In this document: in pieces, positions 19,938 to 29,742 of the stretch | Numbering within the stretch: the first letter of the stretch is position 1 | How the letters are laid out: each line of letters starts with the position of its first letter | Origin: Armatimonadota bacterium | GTDB taxonomy: Bacteria; Armatimonadota; UBA5829; DSUL01 | DNA: 64,000 nt | Assembly: GCA_039811685.1 (NCBI GenBank) | Contig: JBDHZC010000008.1 | Span: 76,707-140,706 of the forward strand | Direction: 5' to 3' | Translations under genes and position numbers: made by a program | Notes under the pieces: model-generated | Databases searched by the model: none | The model's input: only the letters and a program-made list of their open reading frames with translations | What the model was told of the DNA's origin: nothing

Positions 19938-22901
19938 CTATTGAACCACGAGAAAGTCCGTGACCTCCAGCGGAAGCGCAACTTCCACGACACCTTGCGC
20001 GTAGCGGTAGCTGAGCGCACCAGATCGCACGCTCCAGACTTTCGAGGGTTTGTGGGACGTGCTCACACGCACTTTCAGAGAACGGATGGGTTTGTCCGTG
20101 AAGTTCACGAGGGAAATCACCTCACCTGCGCTGGAAACCAGCGCATCGCCTTCGACCAGAGCGTTGGAGCACCAGATAGTCGGCTGAACGCCTGCGTCCT
20201 GAACAGGCCGCCCAATGAGTGCGCGGACGGGAACGTCGAACGCTTTGGGGAGAAAGTGCGCGAACTCGTTGCGGTCAAAAGGACGCCGTGGAATCGCCGC
20301 TCTGACATAGGTCAGACCGGGCATAGAACCGATCAGGTACGCGCGGCCTTTGCCGTACATATTGGATACGGCCGCTGGCTGGCCTTCAGAGAAGAAGGCT
20401 ATGGCCTGCGCCGAAGACGCCGGTTGCAGAGTCTCCACCACGCCGAGCGCCGGCATACTGAACGGTTTTTCTCCATCAAAGCGCAGCATCTCCAGAGGCT
20501 TCATTCTCGGCAGCTCCATCTTCACGCGTACAACGCTGTCCTGGCCGCTGCGTGTGAGTTCGTGGCTGCGAAGCCCGTAAACAGGCAGAAGAGTGTCAAG
20601 TGGACGGTTGTACTCATCGAACAGCCCGCCACCGGCAGAAGAGAACAGAACGCCGCCGCCGCTGACCCACCGCTCAATTTGAGCGGCAGAACCACGGGAG
20701 AGATTCGGGCCAGAGATGTAAAGGACTTTGTAGCCTGACAGGACTCCGTCCTCCACGTCTGAATCTGTAATCAGATCGACTGGGATTTGGAGATGCTTCA
20801 GAGCCAGCCAGAGATTCTGGCGCTCAACACCGTAGAGATTTGCATCACTATTGCCAACCTTCTCCCAGAGATCTGAATAGCGCGAAAGAAGCACAGCCAC
20901 TTCTGCATGGGGCGCCTTTCCGGCAAACAGCAGATCGTCAACTTCGCCCGCTTCGTGTATCACCCGATACAGCTCGCGCCAGCGGTCCCGGTCGCGCCAG
21001 TCGATATAATTCTCCGTAGCGAACATCTGCGGGCCCAGACTGAAGTGGTTGACAATCTTCACTCCGCGGCCGAGAGCCAGATAGTTGGAGCGACGGAAGT
21101 CCGCAGAGGTGTTTCCTGGCGAATGCGGCATGCAGTAGTAGGTGAGCGGAAGGTCCCTGTATTTTGCGGCGCAACGCATGACATCAAGAGAGAAACCAAT
21201 AATCTGGGGGCTCACGACCGGCACCTGCCACTGATAGTCTTCAGACCACGGCATGGTGAGGCTACCGTATTTGAACACGTCAATCCACTGAGACTCCTCT
21301 GGCAGGAAATACGGATGCGGCGCGTAATTGGCAGCCACGAAAACCCGGTCAGACATGGCCTCACGTACGGCTTTCGTAAGCGACGCCATACGGCGGATTG
21401 CCGTCTGAGCGGCGTACTCCCGAGCCTCGACATAAAGGACAGGATTTTGACCGGGTGTTGCGGGTCTTGCTTCCTGCCAGCTTTGTATCCCTATATCTGT
21501 CAGTGTCAATCCTTTTGCCTGAAGATACTCGACAAAGCCTGAATTGGATGTGTCGCTGTAGGCATTCAGGTTGATTTCGTCGCCGATGCTGAAAACGTCC
21601 ACGTAGCGTCGAGCGCCGGAGTATCTGGTGGACGAAAGCTCTTCTCTTAGTTTTGGAGGGTCAGTTTTCGGATCTGTGTGAGTAACGCCAATAGCGCGAC
21701 GGCTGCTGTCGCTTCCGAGCAAGCCGAAAAGCTCATCCTCTGTACGGTCTGGTGAGGTCATCGGCGAGGCGTAGCCGAGACGGTAGAACAGATCAAGCCA
21801 CCTCGAATGAAGGCCGTCACGCGGCTCACCTGGCCCAGGTACGGCAGCGGCAAAACGAATCTTCGTCGGCGCTTTGCCTGTGGGAAGGTCCTGAATATAG
21901 CCACTAATCTTTGCCTGAATTTCGTCGGATGTAAGCGTCTGGGTAAAATCCAGACTAACTGGAATCCAGATGTAGAGCGGGCACTGATCGGCTTTCCATT
22001 GCCGGCTCCAGATGTTTTTGCCGTCTGGGCGGTGCGCTAACTCCACCTGGGCTTCCAAGTCTTTTGTGTCAGAGTTGAGGCTGATTGTCGTGCCGTGGAT
22101 TGTATCGATACCACGCCCGATGTCTTTCCACTCAGAGACACTCCCGGGATCAACGACTCCAAAGCTCGGATCAATGCCGGTCTCGCGGAGATTCCAATCG
22201 CGCCTGTTGATATGAAAGCTCCCGAGCGAAGGCTTGAGAGGCGTCTTGCCGCCATTCCGCACCCTCACCCAGAGCCGCCCTGATTGTGGAAGCTCATCCA
22301 GAAACGGATCCATTCTGTTCTGCGGCTCATCCGAGGTATCGGACGTGAGGTAGATAAGATCAATGTTTCGTTTGGCGGCTGGCTCCGGATTGTCCAGTGT
22401 GTAGAGCGTGAAGCGCGCCCTGCCCGCGTTCAGAGGAAGCTCCGCTCCCTGCCAGGCGACGTTATCTCCACCGCCGTAAGAGGGGTTGATCTGCTTTGCA
22501 TAACCCCAGTTGAGCGGCCACAGCTTTGTCTGATCTGCGCCGCCCATTGGAGTATCCAGTACCACGGCGCCGTACTGTTCAACCCGCAGTCCAAAACGGA
22601 CGTTGTAGTCTTTTGGCGCTTCAAAATGCACCCAGACGCGGTAGGTTCCTGGTTGCGCAATCTCTGTGGTCAGACTTGCAGACGACGGCGGGCAGTGCTC
22701 GGGAGCGCTCAGCAGCTTCTCGCCAGAGATATAGCCGTTGCCAATCGCGTCTACGAAGTAGTTCTTGCCATACTCGATGACACGCCACTGGCTGCCAGAC
22801 TCCGGTGTAAAGTCCTCCGCCTCCAGCAGGTGAACGGCTCCCGAAGCTGCAGCGCACAGAGTTGGCAGGAGACAGCAAAAAGCAACAAACAGAATCTTCA
22901 A
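19938..22901 (-). CDS. Secreted GH42-like protein with beta-galactosidase trimerisation domain
   Basis: Signal peptide; LEAEDF N-terminal CBM-like domain; FSIGDEI, PWSEDY; VAVLLS..SD.W, YKVLYI, WVSGGGVL...GG.FDEYN, N.YGKGRA. Confidence 0.7.
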   Translation of the reverse strand: MKILFVAFCCLLPTLCAAASGAVHLLEAEDFTPESGSQWRVIEYGKNYFVDAIGNGYISGEKLLSAPEHCPPSSASLTTEIAQPGTYRVWVHFEAPKDYNVRFGLRVEQYGAVVLDTPMGGADQTKLWPLNWGYAKQINPSYGGGDNVAWQGAELPLNAGRARFTLYTLDNPEPAAKRNIDLIYLTSDTSDEPQNRMDPFLDELPQSGRLWVRVRNGGKTPLKPSLGSFHINRRDWNLRETGIDPSFGVVDPGSVSEWKDIGRGIDTIHGTTISLNSDTKDLEAQVELAHRPDGKNIWSRQWKADQCPLYIWIPVSLDFTQTLTSDEIQAKISGYIQDLPTGKAPTKIRFAAAVPGPGEPRDGLHSRWLDLFYRLGYASPMTSPDRTEDELFGLLGSDSSRRAIGVTHTDPKTDPPKLREELSSTRYSGARRYVDVFSIGDEINLNAYSDTSNSGFVEYLQAKGLTLTDIGIQSWQEARPATPGQNPVLYVEAREYAAQTAIRRMASLTKAVREAMSDRVFVAANYAPHPYFLPEESQWIDVFKYGSLTMPWSEDYQWQVPVVSPQIIGFSLDVMRCAAKYRDLPLTYYCMPHSPGNTSADFRRSNYLALGRGVKIVNHFSLGPQMFATENYIDWRDRDRWRELYRVIHEAGEVDDLLFAGKAPHAEVAVLLSRYSDLWEKVGNSDANLYGVERQNLWLALKHLQIPVDLITDSDVEDGVLSGYKVLYISGPNLSRGSAAQIERWVSGGGVLFSSAGGGLFDEYNRPLDTLLPVYGLRSHELTRSGQDSVVRVKMELPRMKPLEMLRFDGEKPFSMPALGVVETLQPASSAQAIAFFSEGQPAAVSNMYGKGRAYLIGSMPGLTYVRAAIPRRPFDRNEFAHFLPKAFDVPVRALIGRPVQDAGVQPTIWCSNALVEGDALVSSAGEVISLVNFTDKPIRSLKVRVSTSHKPSKVWSVRSGALSYRYAQGVVEVALPLEVTDFLVVQ

Positions 22902-22931
22902 CCGTCCGCTTCCTCGCAGAAAATCATATGC

Positions 22932-22943
22932 TGAAACGTTACA
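22932..22943. promoter_or_regulatory. Putative LacI-family operator TGAAACGTTACA
   Basis: CG-centred palindrome about 30 nt upstream of the 22901 start; its reverse complement shares ACGTTTCAG with the 11713 and 62859 sites. Confidence 0.5.
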
Positions 22944-23021
22944 CCTACGCCTTTGATTACCCTGCAGAGTTGGCTCATCTCCACCAGTCTTTTTGTGATT
23001 CAGACTTGGAAAGCAGCGCGG

Positions 23022-24884
23022 CTACTTTTCGCTCGGGATGACAATGCCCCGCATAATGATATTCTGGCAGAAGATGAAGATGAGGAGTGTCGGGATAGCC
23101 GCCAGCACCAGCGAAGCGTAGACGACATAGGACGGCGCCCACTGCTGCATCTGATACAGCCAGACCATCAACGTCCACATCTTCTCGTTCTGACAGACGA
23201 GAAACGCCCACATAAAAGACCCGTAGGCCCCAGTGAAGGCTCCCAGCGCGATGACAGCAAGCACAGGCGTCGAAACTCGCAGTGTAATGTTCCAGAACAT
23301 GTTCATCTCACTCGCGCCGTCCAGAGTCGCGGCTTCGTAGAGCTCCCGCGGAAGACTGTCGAAGAATCCCTTTAAGATGAATATCGAAAATCCGCTGGCC
23401 ATCCCCGGCAGAATCAGCGCCCAGTACGTCCCAAGCAGATGGAAGCTCTTTATGAGGAGAAAGCTGGGGATCGCGCTTACCTCTGCGGGAAAGGCCATAG
23501 TCGCCAGTAGAAACAAAAGTATCCTGTAAGTAGCCCTCAGGTTGAAGCGGGAGAGCGCATAGGCACACAGTGGGTTGACGGTGAGGCTTGTGAGGACGAG
23601 CGCGGCGCACAGCACAAAGGTGTTGAACAGCGCGCGCCCGTGTAGAGCGATGTAGTCCACGACCTCTCGATAGTTGCGCACGATAAACTCGTGGCGTATG
23701 TCTGCGGAGTTTTCGCGCAGATAGAGAAAATCGTTCTGCTCGTAGGGAGGCCGTATCTGAATCCATGAACTCCAGGAAGTGTGCAGGTCTTCGTTCAAAG
23801 CGCGCAAATTCGAGCCGTAGCGCTCGGCAAGCCACTGGCGGAAGAGTACTTCCGGAGTGCGCAGCTCCAGAGCCTTCACAGGCGCTCCGCGCTCCAGAAA
23901 GTCAATCCAGTCCACCAGCTCAACACCAGAGGCCGGGGCATCCGGCATCAGTTTAACCTGGTCAAGTGACTGTAGCGCCGCCTCGTGATCGTGGTTGTAG
24001 GCCCGCACAGTCCGATACTTCTGTTGGATGAACCTTCGATAGGCTGGTTCAGCGGACGGATCAATGCGCAGAAAATGCACAGGACATTCACGCGTGACAT
24101 AGTCTTGCCAGATCCCGGTGCTGGGCCCAACGTCAGGGATGCGAGGAGTGAGACGCGCATCAAAGCGAGTCGTGTAATCAGCGCCAACAGCTTTGTTGAT
24201 TGCCTCAACAGACCCGAAGCGCATGCGCAGATACTCTTGATAAAGGCCATCCACGCTGACGGTGAAAAAGTAACGGACTGGCTGCTGACGCTTGAACTCG
24301 AGGAAGTCTGAGTAGCGCCTGTTCAGGACGGGTGTGAAGTTGCGCTGCGTCCAGTTCTCAAGTGGCAGCTTCACATCCATCCACGACTCAATGGGTTCGC
24401 GGTAAGCGGTGCGCAGCCTGTCAAGATCTCCACGGAAGCGCCGTTGCTCCGCGAGACGAAATCTCCACTCCATTTCCGCAGTCATCTGCTGTCCTGCAGT
24501 CGTTGAATGACCGAGCATCATGTAAGCTCGCGATTGCGTATTCAGGAATTGTCGCCATAGTTTGACATACCTGGTATTTATCCGCGGTGGAGGACTGAGA
24601 TTTTCGAACTTCGGCAATTCACAGGAGAACCAGATGTTGTACTCTGTTACGTCCTCCAGATACTTCGCTTCAACGTATTTCCGATACAGCGCGCTCTCAT
24701 CGTAGAAGTATTTTGGAATAATTCGAAAATCGTTCTGATCTACGCCGCTGGCAAACGAGGTGGAAAGCATCAGAAGAAACGGATAAACCATCGTCACCGC
24801 CCCAAGGCTGAGGACGGCGTACAGGGCCCAAATCAGGACCCGCACCTTCGGCTGCTTGCGTCCAACTACAGAGATGATCGGCAC
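23022..24884 (-). CDS. Carbohydrate ABC transporter permease (MalG-like) with a ~340-aa repeated extracytoplasmic insertion
   Basis: TM1 ...YPFLLMLSTSF, C-terminal AYALSRF, FFDSLPRELYEAATLDGAS (EAA loop); 620 aa, about twice a typical permease. Confidence 0.9.
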   Translation of the reverse strand: MPIISVVGRKQPKVRVLIWALYAVLSLGAVTMVYPFLLMLSTSFASGVDQNDFRIIPKYFYDESALYRKYVEAKYLEDVTEYNIWFSCELPKFENLSPPPRINTRYVKLWRQFLNTQSRAYMMLGHSTTAGQQMTAEMEWRFRLAEQRRFRGDLDRLRTAYREPIESWMDVKLPLENWTQRNFTPVLNRRYSDFLEFKRQQPVRYFFTVSVDGLYQEYLRMRFGSVEAINKAVGADYTTRFDARLTPRIPDVGPSTGIWQDYVTRECPVHFLRIDPSAEPAYRRFIQQKYRTVRAYNHDHEAALQSLDQVKLMPDAPASGVELVDWIDFLERGAPVKALELRTPEVLFRQWLAERYGSNLRALNEDLHTSWSSWIQIRPPYEQNDFLYLRENSADIRHEFIVRNYREVVDYIALHGRALFNTFVLCAALVLTSLTVNPLCAYALSRFNLRATYRILLFLLATMAFPAEVSAIPSFLLIKSFHLLGTYWALILPGMASGFSIFILKGFFDSLPRELYEAATLDGASEMNMFWNITLRVSTPVLAVIALGAFTGAYGSFMWAFLVCQNEKMWTLMVWLYQMQQWAPSYVVYASLVLAAIPTLLIFIFCQNIIMRGIVIPSEK

Positions 24885-27337
24885 TACTGCGCTCCTGCCG
24901 CCTTAAACTGAAGACGGGACAGAATACGCAACTGAAAGACTGTAAAGCCTATCAGCAGCGATCCCAGAATCCATGACATCGCCACAGCGTAACCGAACTT
25001 CAAATAAAGAAAAGCATTGATCCATATCTCCAGACCTGCAACGTGAGTTGCGTACATTGGCCCGCCTCCGGTCATCACGAAAATCGCGTCAAAGGAGCGA
25101 AATGCGGCAATGAAGGCGCCGACAAAGTTGATGATAATAAGCGGGCGCAGGAACGGGATGGTGATAAAACGGATTTTCTGCAGCACGCCCGCTCCGTCCA
25201 GATCTGCCGCTTCGTACATCTCTTCAGGAACACCCTTAAGCGCTGCCAGATAGATGATGCACCCTGGCCCCACTCCGGCCCATATCCCCGGCAGGATGAT
25301 GCAGAGCATGGCCAGGCGTGGATCCTGCAGCCAGGTCTGCGGCTCAATGAGAGGCAGCCCAGGAAGGCGTATAAAGTGGAGAAGTGAGTTCAGCGGGGCC
25401 AGAACGTGATGGTCAAAGGCGAGAATGAGCTGATTCATCACACCAGCAGGACTGGGATCATAAAACAGCTTCCACAAGAACATTATGACCAGCCCCGTGG
25501 TGACGGCCGGAAGATAGTAAAGCGTGCGAAAAAGCATCTTCCCACGAGGAACTTCGTGGAGCATTAACGCCAGGATGATCGGCGCTATAAAGCCCAGTGC
25601 CAGAGACAGGATCATAAACTCGAAGCTGTGCCACAATGACACCCACGTCTGCGGAGTGAAGAGCACTTCGCTGAAGTTGTCCAACCCAACCCACTTTGAG
25701 CCGGTGACAATTTTGTAATCCTGGAAGGCCATTACGGAGCCTTTGACGAGCGGATAGTACGCCCAGAGCGCGACTGAGATCAGAGCCGGCGCCATGATGA
25801 CCCAGGCAAACAACAGGCGCTTCAGCTTTCGGCGCGAACGCAAGCGGGATGGAGTTCCGGAGGCCTCTGAAGCGATGTCAAAGTCCTGGCTAAACGTGCG
25901 CATAACGGTGCGGAACAGCACTGCGAGTATCGCGCTGAGGATCAGCACAAAGGCCAGCGCCACTCGCCGCCTGAACTCCAGGACTCTGGGCGACACGACG
26001 CCCATAAGCTTCTCATTGCAGTGTGTGACAGCCTGATTGAGCGCCTTGCGAAGATCTGCGGTGTCGCTGGCCCAGGCGACGTCCAGCGGTGGGGTCATCT
26101 CTGCATAGATCATCTCGCAGTTGCGCCCGTAAGGTTCCGGGCGACCGGATCGCAACGCTTCATCCAGCGTCTCCTGCCATCCCTTCGGAACCTGGCGCAA
26201 GTACTGTGAATATCCGAATTTCTTGAGGAAGCGCGGAGCGATATACTTGGCCCACCCGGATTCTACAAAGACTTTGCAGCGGATGCGAGCGGCTTCCTCA
26301 CCACCCCAGAATTTGATGTACTCCCAGGCGGCATCGCGCACACGCTTGTCTTTCACCTGCGAGTTGATTCCCATCATCGGACAATTCAGCTCGTTGCCCC
26401 GCAGGCCAGTGGGTCCCCTGGGAACAGGCGCGATTCCTATCAGGCTCGGGTTGACGTTGACCATCGACTCGTCGCTGAGATAGCCGAATGTCATCCCGAT
26501 TTTGCCGAGATCCCAGCCCGGAACACCTTCTGTACCCGGGTAGGCCACACCGCGGTAGGTTTTTCCGTCGCGGGTCCACTTCCCGCGCACCAGCTTCTGG
26601 TAGAACCGCAGCGCGGTGACAGCAGCGTCATCGTTGAAGACAGCTCGCCACTGCCCGCGGGAGTCCTGTTTGACAGCGTCACCTCCCGCAGACCACAGGA
26701 AGTTTATGAACTTCCACGCCGCCTGAGAGCCTCTGTCCACCTGCAGCCCGTACTGCCCCTTTTCGGGAATTGTCAGCTTCCTCGCGTAATCCCACAGCTC
26801 GTCCCAGTTTTGCGGTGGGTGCTCGGGATCAAGACCTGCTTCGCGAAAGAGGTCTTTGCGGTACTGCAGGGTCATCACAAGCGTGGCATAGGGGACAGCC
26901 CATATATGTCCTTCGCGTTTTATAACCTGCCAGACGGGAGGATAGATCAGATCTGACAAATCCTCTTCTTTTGCCCATTGCTTGAAGTAATCATCGAGCG
27001 GATAGAGAAATTTCTGCTGGAGATAGCTGTCGGAGATACGAAAGTTGACGTAGATGACGTCCGGCGCAACGCCACCGGCCATCTGCAGCAGCGGCCCAGC
27101 CTCAAGATTCATACCAGGCACCTGCAGGCCGCGCGTGCCCTCCAGGCGGATGTCAGGATGAAGCTCAAGAAAGCGCTGAACGATGGCCAGACTGGCTTTC
27201 TCTGGCACACTTCGAGCGTCTTTTGCGGGCAAACTCCACACTCGGACCGTGACAGGTTCCGCCGCCCGGCACACAGGCGCCATCCGCAACGAAAGACCGA
27301 GAAAAACCAGAGTCAGCAGAAGCGCGCGAACAGTCAC
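24884..27337 (-). CDS. Fused extracellular solute-binding protein + carbohydrate ABC permease (MalE-MalF-like)
   Basis: Signal peptide; APDV, YRKDLFREAGLDP..PP.NWDEL, AAWEYIKF (SBP_bac_1-like); then WVGLDNF, IYLAALKGVPEEMYEAADLDGAG, MTGGGP permease motifs. Confidence 0.9.
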   Translation of the reverse strand: MTVRALLLTLVFLGLSLRMAPVCRAAEPVTVRVWSLPAKDARSVPEKASLAIVQRFLELHPDIRLEGTRGLQVPGMNLEAGPLLQMAGGVAPDVIYVNFRISDSYLQQKFLYPLDDYFKQWAKEEDLSDLIYPPVWQVIKREGHIWAVPYATLVMTLQYRKDLFREAGLDPEHPPQNWDELWDYARKLTIPEKGQYGLQVDRGSQAAWKFINFLWSAGGDAVKQDSRGQWRAVFNDDAAVTALRFYQKLVRGKWTRDGKTYRGVAYPGTEGVPGWDLGKIGMTFGYLSDESMVNVNPSLIGIAPVPRGPTGLRGNELNCPMMGINSQVKDKRVRDAAWEYIKFWGGEEAARIRCKVFVESGWAKYIAPRFLKKFGYSQYLRQVPKGWQETLDEALRSGRPEPYGRNCEMIYAEMTPPLDVAWASDTADLRKALNQAVTHCNEKLMGVVSPRVLEFRRRVALAFVLILSAILAVLFRTVMRTFSQDFDIASEASGTPSRLRSRRKLKRLLFAWVIMAPALISVALWAYYPLVKGSVMAFQDYKIVTGSKWVGLDNFSEVLFTPQTWVSLWHSFEFMILSLALGFIAPIILALMLHEVPRGKMLFRTLYYLPAVTTGLVIMFLWKLFYDPSPAGVMNQLILAFDHHVLAPLNSLLHFIRLPGLPLIEPQTWLQDPRLAMLCIILPGIWAGVGPGCIIYLAALKGVPEEMYEAADLDGAGVLQKIRFITIPFLRPLIIINFVGAFIAAFRSFDAIFVMTGGGPMYATHVAGLEIWINAFLYLKFGYAVAMSWILGSLLIGFTVFQLRILSRLQFKAAGAQ

Positions 27338-27534
27338 TGCAACGCCGTAAACGACCCTCGAGCGGAGTGTAACAAATCCTGCAGGCTGCGGGGGAAGGTC
27401 GGCATTAGCCGAGATATCTGATACGGCTCATCGCTGAGCATGGGGACATTTCCTCACTGACGTTGGACGATCATTTACCCGTTCTTCTACGAGCGCGGGT
27501 TATCCTTCCGTTACCGAGTCACGCGCAAAAACGG

Positions 27535-28224
27535 TCACGCACTCGGGAGAGGCTCTGGGCTTATCCGCCAGCGCTCTGCCCGCTCAGTGGCGTTAACAAA
27601 ATCGTCTGCGCTGAGTGCGGTCTGTTGTGGACGAATGCGAAGCATGTCGGCAAGGGAACAAGCTATGGCTTCTTCAATGGCAGGCATCCATCTAAGCCAG
27701 AGATGGCCCTGATAAAGAACAAATCCATCTCCGCGCCACTGAGCTCCACCGACCATCTTTCCGCTAGGGCCCACAAGATCACCCGCAACGGTGGATTGAG
27801 AGCAGACAACTCCGGCGTCAGCGTCGGATTCGGTGGCCTGTGTGGCATCCACCCCGCAGTCCCGGAGAGCTCTTTGGACCGCGGCGTGTATGGCGCAATA
27901 ACTGTGGCGAAGGTCGCGAAGCGCCGCAAACGAACGGGGCCACGCAAGTGAAAACGACATCTCTTCGCCGTGGAAAACGAGTCCCCCACCTGTCGGCCTG
28001 CGCACCAACAGACTTCCCGGATACATCAACATTGCGCCAAAAGCGACGTCTTCACGGACTGTGCGCCCCGCTGTGACAGTGGGGTCTCGCCACCGATAGA
28101 ACCGGAGCAAAGGTTCCTGCGCTTCGACGGTGCGCTCTGCCATCTCGACATCCAGCTCCATATTGAGATGGCCTGGCAGAGCTTGAGACTCAACAAACTG
28201 CAAAATCATTTTTCTTGCGCGCAA
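27535..28224 (-). CDS. Lipoate-protein ligase / octanoyltransferase family protein (LplA/LipM-like)
   Basis: NMELD, LRFYRW..PTVT.G, VRRPTGGGLVFHG, KMVGGAQ, YQG; immediately downstream of gcvPB. Confidence 0.85.
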   Translation of the reverse strand: MRARKMILQFVESQALPGHLNMELDVEMAERTVEAQEPLLRFYRWRDPTVTAGRTVREDVAFGAMLMYPGSLLVRRPTGGGLVFHGEEMSFSLAWPRSFAALRDLRHSYCAIHAAVQRALRDCGVDATQATESDADAGVVCSQSTVAGDLVGPSGKMVGGAQWRGDGFVLYQGHLWLRWMPAIEEAIACSLADMLRIRPQQTALSADDFVNATERAERWRISPEPLPSA

Positions 28225-28254
28225 TCTGTGTGGAGCAGGGAACGGTGGCCCTGT

Positions 28255-29742
28255 TCAGCCGACAGACGCCGTATTCCGGGCGCCAGAGATGGACATCTGC
28301 GGTGTCCATTTCAGAATCGGTTCTCGAGCCGCCCGCACTTCATCCAGCCGGCCCACAGGCATGGAATGCGGCGAAGTCTGTACGACTTCCGGGTTGGAGT
28401 TAATCTCCGCGTCAATCGCCTGCAACGCCTGCACGAAGGCGTCCAGAGTTTCTTTCGTTTCGGATTCCGTAGGCTCGACCATCAGAGCTTCTTCCACAAT
28501 CAGAGGGAAGTACGTAGTTGGAGGATGGAATCCATAATCCAGCAACCGCTTGCCCACATCCAGCGCCCGCGCGCCGCGCTTTTTCTGGGCAAGAGCGGAC
28601 AGCACGCACTCGTGCATACACGGCTCATCAACGTACAGTCGGAAGACTGAACTGAGCAGTATGCGCAAATAGTTGGCGCTGATGACGGCCCCTTCAGTAT
28701 TTCGCCGCAGCCCTTCAGCGCCAAGAGCGCGGATGTAGCTATAGGCGCGCACAAGGACGCCAACACTTCCGAAGAAAGCGCGCAGCAGGCCTATGCTGCG
28801 CTCAGGCCGTTTAAGCCGAAATACGTCCTCACTGCGCTCGACAACCCATCCGGGCAAATACTGAGCGAGATGCGCCGCGACACCCACCGGCCCGGCGCCG
28901 GGCCCACCACCACCGTGAGGCGTCGAGAATGTCTTGTGCGTATTCAGATGCAAGATATCGAATCCGAGGTCCCCGGGACGCACCACGCCGACCAGCGCGT
29001 TAAGGTTGGCTCCGTCGAGATACAGAAGCGCCCCCCGCTCATGCACAATCTCTGCAATCTCGATGATATCGTCTTCAAACAGCCCCAGCGTGTTGGGATT
29101 AGTGAGCATAAACAGAGCGGTCTGATCCGTGACTGCTTCCCGAAGCGCTGAGAGATCTGTGCGGCCACGGGCGTTGGATTTGACTGTCACCACCTGATAG
29201 CCGCCAAGATGAGCGCTTGCAGGATTTGTTCCGTGAGCGGTGTCCGGGATGACAATCTGACGTCTGGTCTCCCCACGGCTCTGGTGATAAGCTCGCGCTA
29301 TCAATATGCCCGCCAGCTCACCCTGCGCACCTGCGGCGGCGTGAAGCGAGAAAGCCGACATGCCGCATATCTCGCACAGCAGTTGTTGAAGCTCGTTGAG
29401 AAGCTGAAGAGAACCCTGAGACGCGCTCTCCGGCGCAAAAGGATGCATCTGCGTCAGTCCAGGGAGCTGCGCAGCTTTTTCGTTCACTTTGGGATTGTAC
29501 TTCATAGTGCACGACCCCAGCGGATAGAAGTGAGTGTCGATGCAGAAATTGAGCTGGGAGAGCCGCGTAAAATGGCGCACAACCTCCAACTCCGAAACCT
29601 CTGGTAGCGCCGCGCGCTCACGTCGAAGATACCTTGACGGCAGAAGCTCTTCGGGAGGCGTATCGGGCATATCCCCGTCTGCGCGGTACCAACCCGAGTT
29701 AGCGCTTTCTGATCTTTCGAACAGCAGTGGCTCCCGCCTCAT
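28255..29742 (-). CDS. gcvPB: Glycine dehydrogenase (decarboxylating) subunit 2
   Basis: YPLGSCTMKYNPK, AHGTNPASA, LNTHKTFSTPHGGGGPG (PLP lysine), GFHPPT.YFPL, EPTESE. Start ATG 29742 overlaps the gcvPA stop. Confidence 0.97.
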   Translation of the reverse strand: MRREPLLFERSESANSGWYRADGDMPDTPPEELLPSRYLRRERAALPEVSELEVVRHFTRLSQLNFCIDTHFYPLGSCTMKYNPKVNEKAAQLPGLTQMHPFAPESASQGSLQLLNELQQLLCEICGMSAFSLHAAAGAQGELAGILIARAYHQSRGETRRQIVIPDTAHGTNPASAHLGGYQVVTVKSNARGRTDLSALREAVTDQTALFMLTNPNTLGLFEDDIIEIAEIVHERGALLYLDGANLNALVGVVRPGDLGFDILHLNTHKTFSTPHGGGGPGAGPVGVAAHLAQYLPGWVVERSEDVFRLKRPERSIGLLRAFFGSVGVLVRAYSYIRALGAEGLRRNTEGAVISANYLRILLSSVFRLYVDEPCMHECVLSALAQKKRGARALDVGKRLLDYGFHPPTTYFPLIVEEALMVEPTESETKETLDAFVQALQAIDAEINSNPEVVQTSPHSMPVGRLDEVRAAREPILKWTPQMSISGARNTASVG

